Source: Octopus bimaculoides (lineage: Eukaryota). Taken from it: a DNA stretch of 64,000 nt. The stretch lies in NCBI RefSeq assembly GCF_001194135.2, contig NC_069004.1, positions 33,744,693-33,808,692 on the forward strand. Reading direction: 5' to 3'. Below the pieces are notes generated by a model. The model was given only the letters and a program-made list of their open reading frames with translations. It ran no database searches and was not told where the DNA came from. Shown one piece after another: positions 10,048 through 22,441 of this stretch. The position numbers were made by a program, and so were the translations under genes. Every line of letters starts with the position of its first letter. Within the stretch, counting starts at the first letter, position 1.

Positions 10048-13000
10048 GTCAGTGCAGCCTTTTAGTCTTTCTCCGTGTCTGTTTCCTATATGTTGAGTAT
10101 TTTTGTCAGTTCGGGCTGTCAGGTTGCCTGTCTGTGTCTCTGTTTAGAGATATCTCTCTCTATATATCGATATAGTTATATTCTTGTGTATCAGTCTCTC
10201 TGTCTCCTTCCCTCAGTCTCTCTCTCCCTTTTTATTTTCACGTATATGTTCTCATTAGTGCGTTTGTCTCCTTTTCTTTCATTACAATGTCTCTCTGCCT
10301 TCCATCATTAACCTCTCTCCTTGCTTCTCTCACTGTTTCTTTTCTTCCATGACTATGTCTTTCTCTCACTATATCCATCTAATCGCTCTCTCTCTCTTAC
10401 GCCTTCCCTCTTTTACTCTGCATCTCTCTCTCTCACTTTCTCTTACTCTGACTGGACTATCGTTGTTTGGCTCAATGTTTTTCAAAACAAATACCCCTCC
10501 CTCTCATCTCTATAAACGAGAAGACAAACACAGTCTACATTCGTATCCATAATTCTTTCTTGTCCTAGCAATGCCTGTTGGACAAATTTTAAAAATTTAG
10601 AATGTTATTAAGCATGGTTAAAAAATTAAAAAAGGCGATCTTTCAATACCAGTACGAAATATCGGCCAAAGACACTTTTTACGGAAAAGGCCGATATTTC
10701 GTACTAGTATCGAAAGATCGCCAAAAAAAAAAAACACGCAAAAAAAATTCCACCGCAACCCCACCGCCAATATTTAGCTCCAGTTAATCCTGGTCGAACA
10801 GACCTGGGATAGAAAATATTTCAATCGTGACAATTCCATCTTTTAGAGATTTGTGGGAAGGGTCCCGCCTCTAATACAGCAGGATGCGTTTTGAGGAAGA
10901 TTTAGACTGCTATTTCTAGCACGTATATTATCTATCACTTATTGGTTCCTTCCTCTAAACACACATATATATGTATGTGTTTGTATTCTCTCTTCCCATC
11001 CCGGAGATGAGTCCTCACCACTTCCCTAAATAAATCTCTTTTATACTCTAGCGTCCGTGACGGTGTCTCTATTGATATGTTCCTGTGTAACAATGTTCCT
11101 ATCTCAGCTCCGTGTTTACCTGTTATTATGGTAGAGGCTCTCCCATTTCCTTATAGATAGAAATCTAAACATTGTATGGCTTCAAAACTGTTATAATCAA
11201 GACTCGATTCGTCTACGAATATTCTTATCTCTTCATCGGATAGGATTAATTTGTGCTCAGAAAGTAGCCACATGTCGTTATGACTTGTCACCATGTAGCG
11301 GCTGCACGCTGCTTCTTCAGACAAGAGTAAAGGGGGTAACACAGNNNNNNNNNNNNNNNNNNNNNNNNNNNNNNNNNNNNNNNNNNNNNNNNNNNNNNNN
11401 NNNNNNNNNNNNNNNNNNNNNNNNNNNNNNNNNNNNNNNNNNNNNNNNNNNNNNNNNNNNNNNNNNNNNNNNNNNNNNNNNNNNNNNNNNNNNNNNNNNN
11501 NNNNNNNNNNNNNNNNNNNNNNNNNNNAAATTAATAGTTATCGCCAAGCCAACATGGCAGTCCCAAAATTAGGACGAAAGCTATATATATATATAGTGAG
11601 AGAGAGAGAGAGAGAGACAGCAGGTCAGTTGGAATAATACTGTCCACTTCTACGGACAGCGGTTATCTGGAAACTGGAAGGGGAAATCCCACATGAAAAC
11701 TGCTGTCCCAATAGACAGAAAAATGCACAAATTACTTAGTCGTCATAGAGTGTAAATAGTAAACATTAAAGGGTTCGCCATATTGTATATATGGCGAAAG
11801 TAAAGAATACATACACTTAGTGTTCAGGGTTAGGGTTTTTGTTACATCGAAAACGAGTGGTGTACGTATTCTTTACTTCCGCCATTATATATATAATGTA
11901 TTATACAACGTAAATAGGTGGTGTATGCGTATAATAATTGTAATGAGCTTATTGTATACAGTACTCAATTGCACTTCGACTGTTAATACCTATATTGATC
12001 TGTGTGACCTCGCGTTTTCTCCTCGCCCCAGGTCGGCTCTGACTGTGTAGACTTATAATCCAAGACGTTCCAACCATAACCATTCCGCCTCTTTTTTTTT
12101 TGTATATTTAGGGCGACATTGTATGTGTTCCTTTTTTCAGGATGGTGGTGTGGTTTGGTGGGAGAACAGCTACTATTTCTAACGATCCAAATGACCATAA
12201 AAAGGGTCTTCGGCAATCTTTACCAAAGATCGACCTTTTCCGTAAAAAGTGTTGGACGGAAAGAGGGAAACGACGTCGTAAAAGCGAAAGAGATACAGAG
12301 AGTGCGATTTCTTTAGAAGGGGTTAGGGTTTGAAGGGGTTAGGGTTTTGGGGTTAGGGAATTCCATCCCGAACTGTAACCCTAACTCTAAAACTAACCCT
12401 AACACCCTACGTGTGGGTGTTACGGAAAAGGCTGATATTTCGTACTGGTATCGAAAGATCGCTCAAGCTTGGTTATGTGGTTAAAAATTTCACTTTGCAT
12501 CCACTTGGTCCTAGGTTCAGTCCCACTGCACGGCACACTGGGTTAGTGTCTTTTACTGTTGCCCAGATTGACGTCCCCAATGGTAGTGGTTTCTTCATTT
12601 TGGCCTTCCAGAATTGGGCCCCCATCCAACATCGTTCCGACGTTCCAGGAGCCAAAAATCGATTTGATGTGTTTCCTTCTTGCTTTATTTTTTACTGCAG
12701 AAATGGAGAACCCACTGCACGTGGTATCCCAGACCAGTTAAGGTAAGATGAGTGGGCAGTTTTTATCCCTACTTTTATTGGGCCATCTCAGGATTGGGGT
12801 TTAGGGGGCTGCGTTCTCATTTGAGTTAGATGAATAGCAGCTGCCACTCTTCCACATACCCATGACCATCCTTCTCAAATTGCCAATGTGCAGATTTCCA
12901 GTTAGTGGCCTCCATCTTCTCAAATCTTCCAGTCATCATTCATCTACGACAGGCAAACAGTTAACTCCCTGCCTTTCACCAGCCGAGCTAGCCTCTTATA

Positions 13001-15003
13001 GGGTTGGAACTAGATAAATGGAAGGAGTGAGGTTTAGCAAAGGGAGTTTCCATGTCATTAGGTGGAGTTACCAAACAAGCAGATCGGAGAGGCTTCACTG
13101 TTGAAATGACAGTTTGGAGTACAGTGAGACATATTTGGTAAGGTATGGAATGAAAGGCTGTGAGACCAACCTGCATGAGTGTCATGTTCATAAGTCCTTT
13201 TAACATTAGAGATGATATGCAGTTTCTTTCTAGCAGACAAACAGACATCCCTAAGAGAAGGACAGTGAGAAGTGTGTGTGTGTGTGACACTCAACCCTTT
13301 TTTTGTCTGTGGACCCCTTCGATTCCTGTTTTGCTTGGGTGGACCCTCATAACCATTCAATGTTAAAAAAAATCCTATCACAAGGATGTGTTGAAAAGTT
13401 CCTGGCTTTGGGTAAGAGAAAATACAAGAGGATCAGTAAGTTATGATTTCCTTCAACATATTCCCCTCTCAGATTCACACACTTATTGCAGCAGTCCTGT
13501 TTTTCTATGCCCTAAAAAAGAACTCAGAGGGTTGGGCCTCCAACCAGGTCTTTCGTGATATCCCTAAAGACAATAGGTGAATTATTTTGGAAATTATGAT
13601 AAATTTTTCAAAAAGTCCCAAATGGGGATTACTGAAAAAAAAAAAGCATATTCTTTTCTATTCAATTGCAATAATAAACATTTCAGTTTTTTTTTTAAAC
13701 TATAGTATCAAATGCGAATGTGTATGAAATACCAATGAATGATATAAATGGGAAATGCAAAAACAAAAAGAAAAAAAAACCGTTTTTAAAACAGTCAGTA
13801 TTTTTGTAGTTCAAAGATTGCGATTTATGACATAAAATGTCCTCCAGAATTAGCCAGAGTTAATAATGACAAACTTTAACTATAAAATATTGTTAAAAAC
13901 ACCTCTGCAAATACAATGTCCATAAGCAATTCCCTTTAAATACAATGAACAACCAGCAGTGAGACTGTTCTTAGCAGATCCCCAAAAGGGGCCCATGGCA
14001 GGCTATGGGTTGATATTTTGGTCACTATCAAGGTGGCTAGCTGTCCAAACCATTAGCAAACCAGGCAAAATGCTTAGCGGCATTTTGTCTGTCTTTATGT
14101 TCTCAGTTCAAATTCTGTCACAGTCGCCTTTTGCCTTTCATCTTTACAGAGTCGATAAAATAAGTACCAGTTGCGTACTGGGGTCGATGCAATTACCTTA
14201 TCCCCCTCCCTCTAAAATTGCTGGCCTTGTGCCAAAATTTGAAACCAATATTTTTGTTTGATATTGGTTCAAAAGAATGGTTTGACCACTTGTTTGTTTT
14301 GACATGTTCCCTCTTCATTTATTTTTTGGCCAGGAGGTACGCAGAAGACAGATGGCTGACGCTGCTGAGAAACGAAAGAAATCCCAAGAATATCGGGGCA
14401 TAACGGACCCAGAAGGCTATAAAAGACGGCAGAAAAAACAGCAACAGTTAGACGAACTAGACTCACAACCGTCGGAAAATACCAATCTAAGGGTTTGTAT
14501 AGAATTTGTTTAATGTGTATAAAAGACCCTCTTCGGTCGTGAATGACCATGGGGTGGCATCTAGAAAGTCCCTCTCCGAGGCACAGATCCAGATAAGGTG
14601 GTTTTTGGAAGACCATCAGATCCCCATGCAAACCAGCCTCCCCTCTCCTTGCCATTATATGTACATAGGGTAAAGGGTAGAGACCCCCTTTTGGTCATGA
14701 ATGATTGTGGGATTGCACCTAGAAAGTTCCCCTCCGAGGCACAAGTCCGGGTAAGGTTGTTTATGGGAGACCAGCAGTCGCCCATGCATACCAGCCTCCC
14801 TTTTACATGCCACCGATGTTATCCAAGGGAAAAGTGAAGACTGATACAGCTCGGCACCAGTGATGTCACAACTCATTTCTACAGTTGAGTGAACTAGAAT
14901 AACATGAAATAAAGTGTCTTGCTCAAGAACGCAACACACAGCCTGGTCTGGGAATCAAACTCACTACCTCATGCTTGTGAGACTGATGCTCTAAGCACTG
15001 TGC

Positions 15004-15035
<32 letters not shown>

Positions 15036-15355
15036 GTGAGAAGCCTGCTTCACAACCACATGGTTTCTGGGTTCAGTCCCACTGGGTCAAGTGTCTTCTA
15101 CTATAGCCTTGGTGATGGCTGAGTCCGCCAATTCCCATTCTAAAGACAACCAACCATCTTTTGAAGGGAATCTGCTCCATTGAGTATCTCAACAGACTTC
15201 AGTTCAAACTCATTGTCTCTAATGGCTGTCCCCGTTATCTTTACAAATAATTTATCATTTACTTAATTATCCTTGCACTACCTTCAAATCTAATTAAAAT
15301 GATTTAATTTGATTTCAATTTCTTTCTTTCCTTTTTCTAGTGGCAAGTAGATTGA
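9979..15355 (+). CDS. SVIP: Small VCP/p97-interacting protein gene, 3 coding exons (9979-10047, 14334-14492, 15341-15355), 80 aa
   Basis: Spliced product MGLCCCFLRKNDHEDETNLNPDP/EVRRRQMADAAEKRKKSQEYRGITDPEGYKRRQKKQQQLDELDSQPSENTNLR/WQVD*. It has an MG-x-C lipidation N-terminus, a VIM motif R-x5-AA-x2-R and the SVIP-typical LRWQV C-terminus. Both introns are GT-AG, phase 0. Confidence 0.9.
13380..13570. mobile_element. Mariner-like MITE fragment
   Basis: Begins with a mariner-type terminal sequence ACAAGGATGTGTTGAAAAGTTCCTGGC; no second TIR found. Confidence 0.4.
14334..14492 (+). CDS. SVIP: SVIP exon 2
   Basis: Acceptor ttttttggccag|, 53 codons containing the VIM motif, donor agg|gtttgt. 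Confidence 0.92.
14522..15000. repeat. Dispersed repeat with an internal duplication of about 157 bp; homologous to 1100-1300
   Basis: GACCC..TTCGGTC.TGAATGA...CTAGAAAG.TCCCCTCCGAGGCAC occurs at about 14525 and 14682; GCAGTCGCCCATGCATACCAGCCTC is shared with about 1212. Confidence 0.6.
15341..15355 (+). CDS. SVIP: SVIP exon 3 (WQVD*)
   Basis: Strong pyrimidine tract ttctttctttcctttttctag| followed by tgg caa gta gat tga. Confidence 0.85.
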   Translation, partial: WQVD

Positions 15356-18300
15356 ACAATTTTTGAAGAATTGAGAAGCAGGAGGTCCATTTCCAAAGAC
15401 TTTTCTATAATCTATGATGACAAAAAATACTACAAAAACAAACCTTTTTTTTTTCCACCTCTGAATATATTCTTTTATATTTGGTTCTATTTATGATAAT
15501 AAAATCCTGTAACCGTCTTTTCAAAGTACCCTATACCTGGGGTCATTGTCTATGCTCTGTCTCATGTCCCTATTAATTTGTCATAATTTTCAAACCCTTA
15601 AAATTAATCTTCTCCACTCAATTTCATGTGTGTGTGAGATGATGGTGATGGTGATGATGATATTTATTTCTTTGAAAACTTTATTAATTTTCTTTTTTTT
15701 TTTACCCCCCTCTCTATGTGTTAGGAATAAAAATAAAATAAATTATTATATAAATAAATATTATTATAAAAAAAGTTTTGGTAGAGAATGAAGACCACCA
15801 AAGCTTTTCCTATCTGTTTCTTGTCTCATCGCACTATACACACTCCTGGTTCTCTTAACCCAGGGAATTCTCATTTAAAACCCCTTGAATTTCTTTGTAT
15901 AAATGATGTTAGGAACTGTGTGTGTGTGTGTGTGTATTAGAATGTACCATGTGAAATATAATCTTCTTAAAAGAAAAATTAAAACTATTTTAAATTGAGT
16001 TAAAGAAACTTATTTAATTAAACTAATCTTTTATCAATGTGATGTTAAATGAACCTTTTATTTGGCCCTAATATTCTGTTTGTTTTTTATGTTCAAACCA
16101 GCTAGATCTGGCTTCTCACACCTACCCGACAATGTCATTCTAACAATAAACAATAATTTGAAATCTTGAAGCCACAAAATAACGTATGATTAGATTAAAT
16201 AAATACACATTACATTTGACAGAGCAGCCTTAATGCTAACGTGTCCCACAATCCAACAAAAAAAAACTCCTTCTTTGAGAGTTGGAACTTCTCAAATTCT
16301 TCATCTGCTTTTTGATTCCCAAATCTTCTATTAGAGTGTGAACAGTTCCAGCTGTTCGAAAAGATGTTGAGCGAGGTGGGTGTGAATTTTCACAAAGAGT
16401 TCTGGTTGTGATCAGTGTTAAGGCAAAGCCTTCTCTTCATACGGTGGAATTTGTCTGTTTCGTTTCTGTCTCTGAACCCGTTCTTGGCTGTTTTGATTTT
16501 GGTTTTTCATGTATACGGTTGATTCCCTGACAGTATGAGTTTGTAGTTATAGATTCCTGTTGTTCGCAAGAAAGAATACTACAATATATCTTTTATAAAC
16601 CATTCTACAGTCATTATAAGTTTCAATGGAATGCAGTGGCTGCTTTGGAAAACGTTTCAAAGACTTTTCTGCATCTCCCTCCTTGCTGGGAATCTTCAGT
16701 ATTCTCAAACCACACTCATTTCTTTCACATCTAAAACGATGGCACAATAAAAGCTACTAAAATCCTACTAAGGATTAGCACTCCTCAGTTGCACCATTAA
16801 ATGGTCACAATGTCTCATATTCTGTAGAAGAACCCTTTGTCCAGTTTCTTCACTTTTCTGATGTCACAGCAGGAAATAAAAGTGAAGTTAAGTTACCTTG
16901 GGTCATACTGACTCATAAGGGCTGCTTTCCATGGCCTATATATTCTCCACTGGGACAGGACGCTGGTCAATTGCATGATTACTCACTTTTTCCAGCTGGA
17001 GCAGCATGAAGTGTTTTGCTCAAGAATGCAATGCAGGGCCTGGTCCAGGAATTGAAACCACACTCTTATGATCATGAGTCCAACACCCTAACCACTAAGC
17101 CATGTGTCTCCACACCGAAGAAAATGGCCAAAGGAGCTACAACTAAGTCTACTGCAAATTGCCAAACTCATGTCCTGATATTTCTGTCCACCGATTCTTT
17201 TGTCTTCATTCCTGACTGGTTTTTGTTTCTCTCTTGAAGTTCATTCTAAAGACTCTCATCTCTAGAATGAAATTTCCCAACAACCATTGCTACGTTGTTT
17301 GTAGATTAACACCACAATCCTCTCCGAATGCTAAATTGGTGTATGGTTATTTCGTAGGTTTGGCTGAATTGCATCTTAATAAGGACATATATATATAGGG
17401 AACACAAGAAGAAGAAAAAAAAGAATCATCCTTGTTCCAAAGGTCACTATATTGTGGAGGGAGCACAAAATACTTATTAGCGACACCACCACCTGAAAAG
17501 TGAAATCAAAGAAATATAAAAGGCCTCCCAATTGTACAAAATGGGTTAACCGACCTCCTGTCACTTCTGTTAACATTTAGGACTGTAGATTGTAAAGGGT
17601 TTCATATTGAGAAAACGTTTCATGTGGTATACTCTAATACTCATCTAACTTTCTAGCTAGCAAGCTAGATCTGTCTGTCTGGCAAGCTATCTAGCAATCA
17701 GGTTAGCTAGCTAGCTAGCTATTTAGATATACAGATAAAGAAAACAGGAAATGTTAATGTTAGGAAAATAGAGAATGAAAAGAAAAGAGGAAAGAAAAAT
17801 AACTAAAAACCATCTTTCATTCTGATTTCTTGAGCAAGTTTTTTTTTCCAGCTATTAAAGATAGCATCTCGACTTTTATAATTCAAAGAGTGGAATTTAT
17901 GATATTACAATTAATTCTTTACTTACATGTGATTTGACATGTGTTGAAGCACTCATAACTAAAGAATTATCTTTAATACCATTAATGCCATTCTTTGGCT
18001 TAATGTATTATACTCTGTGACTTATTGTTTTAGCCCTGGAATTTCAATTTACATGCACAGTCCCCTTTTAGGGAAATCCCCTATTTATATACACTGTTAA
18101 CCAATATTTGCAAGAGTGCTGACTAAGGAACAGCTTGGATTTATTAATCCCACCTTAATCTGAAATGATCTGCCTTTGGTACAGCTAAATTTGTTCAATT
18201 TGAATGTTGAAGAATTAGCTTAACACTTCAGAGTTCCTAATGCTAATACCATTTTAACCCTTTAAGCATTTAAACTGACCATATCCAGCCTAAATATTCT

Positions 18301-20729
18301 GTTTTATGTTCAAACAGGCCAGATCTGGCCTCTTACACTTACCCCACAATGTCATATCATTGAAATCTCAAAGCTATGAGATAATGCAGAATTAATTCAA
18401 AGCATTACATTTGAGAGAATAATGTGAATAATGCTAAAGAATTAAGGGATTACTATAATTTTCTAAACAAAAATTTTGAATTTAAAATATAAATAAATAA
18501 ATAAAACCAATCCCTGTTTGGTTTCTGAAAGATTTTTCTTGCCAAAACTAACCTTTCTATAAAATCAGCCTTAATTACCAGCCAATCAGATTTGGCAAAC
18601 TTAAAATTCTAAAGAGCATTAATTATCTCAAAGAAACCATCTTTCACAATGATTGACAGCTGCAAATATGGTCCTGGAATTATTTTTTCGTTTTGTTTCT
18701 TATTTCCACAAACCCATAACCTCTAGCAGAAAAAACCTGTTTTAACCCTAAATCTATATTTCTATTTCTCCTAAATATTGTAAAGTCATATATTTTTTTA
18801 TTCTTCCTCAATTTTGGCTTTGTAAAATTTTTAGGAAATAAATCAATATTGCTTTATCTTTCTTGTTTTTGTTTTAAGTTTATTATTATTATTATTAATT
18901 CATTTTTTAAAGATGGCAGAATCATTAGCAGGCTGGGCAAAATGCTTAGCAGTATTTTGTCTGTATTCATGTTCCAAGGTCAACTTTGCCTTTCATCCTT
19001 TCAGGGCCAATAAAATAAATACCAGTTATACACTGGGGTCAATGTAATCGACTTAGCCGCTCCCAGAAATTTCTGGCCTTGTGCCTTCAGTGGAAAGGGT
19101 TATTCAATAATTGGCACACCCACCCTAAAATGGATGTATTGTTTGGATCATCTTAAACTGTTGTTAACATTCAGATATATTATTTAGTGCTGCCGACACC
19201 TGCTAATTAAGCAGTGACTATATTAGGTGACGAAACGATCGTCTGCACCAGTGGATGGCACTACTGCATCGAGTGATTTCACCCTTGCTGCAGATGATCA
19301 GTGACAGCCTACCTCCCACCAAATACCAGAATAGGAATCAGTTGAAATGATAGAGTATCATGATGACCAAGCAACCAGTTACATCACGAAGAGCCAATGG
19401 CCTACAAATTAATTAGCAACAGTAGCAGTGTTCGTCATGAATAAGTTGTTGTTGTTGTTGTTATTATTTCTGACAAAAATCAAGTGGTGAGCTGGCAGAA
19501 CCGTTAGCACGCTGGGCAGAATGTTAAGTGGCATTTCCTCTGTCTTGCCGTTCTGAGTTCAAATGCCACTGGGGTTGATTTGCCTTTCAGTCTTTCTGGG
19601 GCGAAAAGTACCAGTTGAAAACTGAGGTCGATGTAATCGACTGTACCTCTCCCCAAAATTTCAGGCCCTGTGCCTATAGCAGAAAGGGTTATTTATTTCT
19701 AATAAAAATTGTCTGAACTTCCCAGTTCCGTTCTACACCGACTTGGGTCAGCTGCTCCGAGGGAAATAACTCGTTCTCCTTGCTTTACTAAGGCGATTCA
19801 GTTAGCTCCCTTAGGAAATCATTAAGAACAGAAAGCTTTTTAGTGTTTCTTTTCGTTCATCTGATGTGTTTTTCTGTGGAATGACGAAGAAACCGCAATC
19901 ACTCTCTCCCCACCACCACCGCCACACACACACACTTGAAAGAAGAGAACTATATTTATCGGAATGGGTGGAGGATATCTTCAGGTCGTCACCAATGCGA
20001 AGATCTGCTGGTGAACGATGATGAATAATAAGTTGGACAGAAGCCAATGGGGTAACTTCAACATGGCGCTCCATTTTTGCTAGAAACAGCAGCTAAAACC
20101 ACATCCACTTTCGTCCATAAAAAAAAAAAAAAAAATCTTAAAAAATGTAATTTTCGACGACGTTGCTCATGGCTCTGTTCGGTCAAGACTGGCCAAGGGC
20201 TAAATTACAACAACAATTGACTGACAATTATTAACAGACTGCACGTGATCTCGTGATAATATCACTTCTAACAATACAAAGACGTGACGGTGGCGGTGGT
20301 GATGGTAGTAATAATGGTAGGTGAACGTGATAATGGTGGTAACTCAGAAATAGCATTTTTATATAAAGTTCATTTGATGGCATTGGTATATTTTTTTGAA
20401 GAATAACTGAGATTCTATCACTCCATAGTATCTGAGAGACAGCACCTTTCGTGATTNNNNNNNNNNNNNNNNNNNNNNNNNNNNNNNNNNNNNNNNNNNN
20501 NNNNNNNNNNNNNNNNNNNNNNNNNNNNNNNNNNNNNNNNNNNNNNNNNNNNNNNNNNNNNNNNNNNNNNNNNNNNNNNNNNNNNNNNNNNNNNNNNNNN
20601 NNNNNNNNNNNNNNNNNNNNNNNNNNNNNNNNNNNNNNNNNNNNNNNNNNNNNNNNNNNNNNNNNNNNNNNNNNNNNNNNNNNNNNNNNNNNNNNNNNNN
20701 NNNNNNNNNNNNNNNNNNNNNNNNNNNNN

Positions 20730-20772
<43 letters not shown>

Positions 20773-20994
20773 ACCCCAAAGAATTCTTCAACACATGGCC
20801 ATGATGTTCCTCCACTGCTCTTGCTCGTGTTTAGAGATGCACATCTCCTCATCCATCAAAGGGACATGCTCAACTGGTTAAGGTCAAACAACTGACAAGC
20901 AAATCTGTGGTATTGAGCAGAATATTTACTGTAGCCCATTTATACCAAGAATGGTAACAATTATTACAATGATGATGAGACTAGTATTAACGAT

Positions 20995-21795
20995 GTTCTT
21001 GGGGAAACTCTAGATGTCGTCAAAGATCAACTCACTGGTCTGATCTGGAGGACTTTCAGACTGGAGCCTATGGATAACTTCTAGAAATCCCTCACCTGGC
21101 AGTGCTACCAAGGGGCGCAGCCTGTTCAGGATAAACTTTACAGGCACGGAAATGCTGTTAGATGGGCCTGCCCAAGATGCGTTCAGAATGATGAAACCGT
21201 TCTGCACGCCCTCGTCCAGTGCCCGAGCATTGCTGACCCGTGGATTTATGTCAAACACCTGCTGTCGCGTGTAGGATGGACCTGGCTATCAGCTGAATCC
21301 ACGGGAGGAGCAGGCAATTTCTGTTTGTCCGGTGCCTGTAGCAAAAGAGGTAGTATGGTGGACTTGATTGAATGGGCTAAAGTCAGACCCTTTCCTCTTT
21401 GGCCAAACCCTCATCAACTTTCTCAAGTTTCACTTGAAAAGGAAGTTGAGGGTGGAGGGGGAAGCATTGCCTTGTAGCAAGTTTGTTGAGAAGTGGGTGA
21501 ATGTTGGAAGAATGGTCAGGGTGAAAGGACCAATTATGAGTATACACCTGTGAAAAATAAAAGAAGGGCTCTTGCCCTGTTGGTCAGGCACCCGTGGCTC
21601 TTGTGGGTTTTTCCACAAGTAACCTTAAAGCACCTCTCCTTATTAGGAGTTTTACTTGTTTAATTTTTATTGTTATTTACTGTGTATATGAACATTAAAA
21701 AACCCATTGTATCGTCCGGTTTTTGTCTTTTAATGTAATTGTATGTCTTTTATATCTATTTATATTAACCCTTGTGGCCAATAAAAGAATGAATT
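20995..21795 (+). mobile_element. Tx1/L1-clade LINE ORF2 3' fragment (zf-RVT zinc knuckle and 3' end), decayed
   Basis: LTWQCYQGAQPVQDKLYRHG...CPRCVQNDETVLHALVQCP with in-frame stops; ends in AATAAAA plus (ATT)n. Confidence 0.75.
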
Positions 21796-21814
21796 ATTAT
21801 TATTTATATATCTT

Positions 21815-22290
21815 TATTGCCCACAAGGGGCTTAACATAGCGGGGACAAACAAGGACAGACAAAGGGATTAAGTCGATTACATCGACCCCAGTGCATAAC
21901 TGGTACTTAATCTATCGACCCTGAAAGGATGAAAGGCAAAGTCGACCTCGGCGGAATTTGAACTCAGAACGTAACGACAGACGAAATACTGCTAAGCATT
22001 TCGCCCAGCGTGCTAACAATTCTGCCAAATTGCCACCTTCTTCTTCTTATTATTAAGGCAGTGAGCTGGCAGAATTGTTAGCAGACTGGACAAAAATGCT
22101 TAGTGGTATTTCACCCATCTTTACGTTCTGAGTTCAAATTCCACCGAGGTCAGCTTTGTCTTTTATTCTTTTGGTGGGATCGATAAATAAAGTACCAGTC
22201 AAGTACTGGAGTCAATGTAATCAACTATCCCCTTCCCCACAAATTCAAGGCCATGGGCCTACAGTAGAAAGGATTTTTATTATTATTATT
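21815..22290. mobile_element. Two oppositely oriented family B SINEs (minus 21815-22030, plus 22055-22290)
   Basis: Same core motif on opposite strands; could form dsRNA if co-transcribed. Confidence 0.7.
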
Positions 22291-22399
22291 ATTATTATCA
22301 TATTTCCATGTCTTCCATGTCCCAATATTCACAGCCATTCAAGTAATTACTGAACAAGCTTCTCATTGTTAATTAACTTTTAGTCTGGTCTTTGCTTTG

Positions 22400-22441
<42 letters not shown>

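Noticed and set aside
11151-11342. piggyBac-like N-terminus (LSDEEIRIFVDESS)
   Set aside because: The similarity is too short and acidic to be significant, and no TTAA/TIR ends were identified next to the gap.
12119-12333. Overlapping short ORFs after an acceptor at 12140
   Set aside because: They lie inside the inverted-repeat/TTAGGG element, with no convincing donor or homology.
12319-12409. Interstitial telomere or chromosome fusion scar
   Set aside because: Only a few degenerate units are present, embedded in transposon-like inverted repeats, and similar motifs recur elsewhere in the window.
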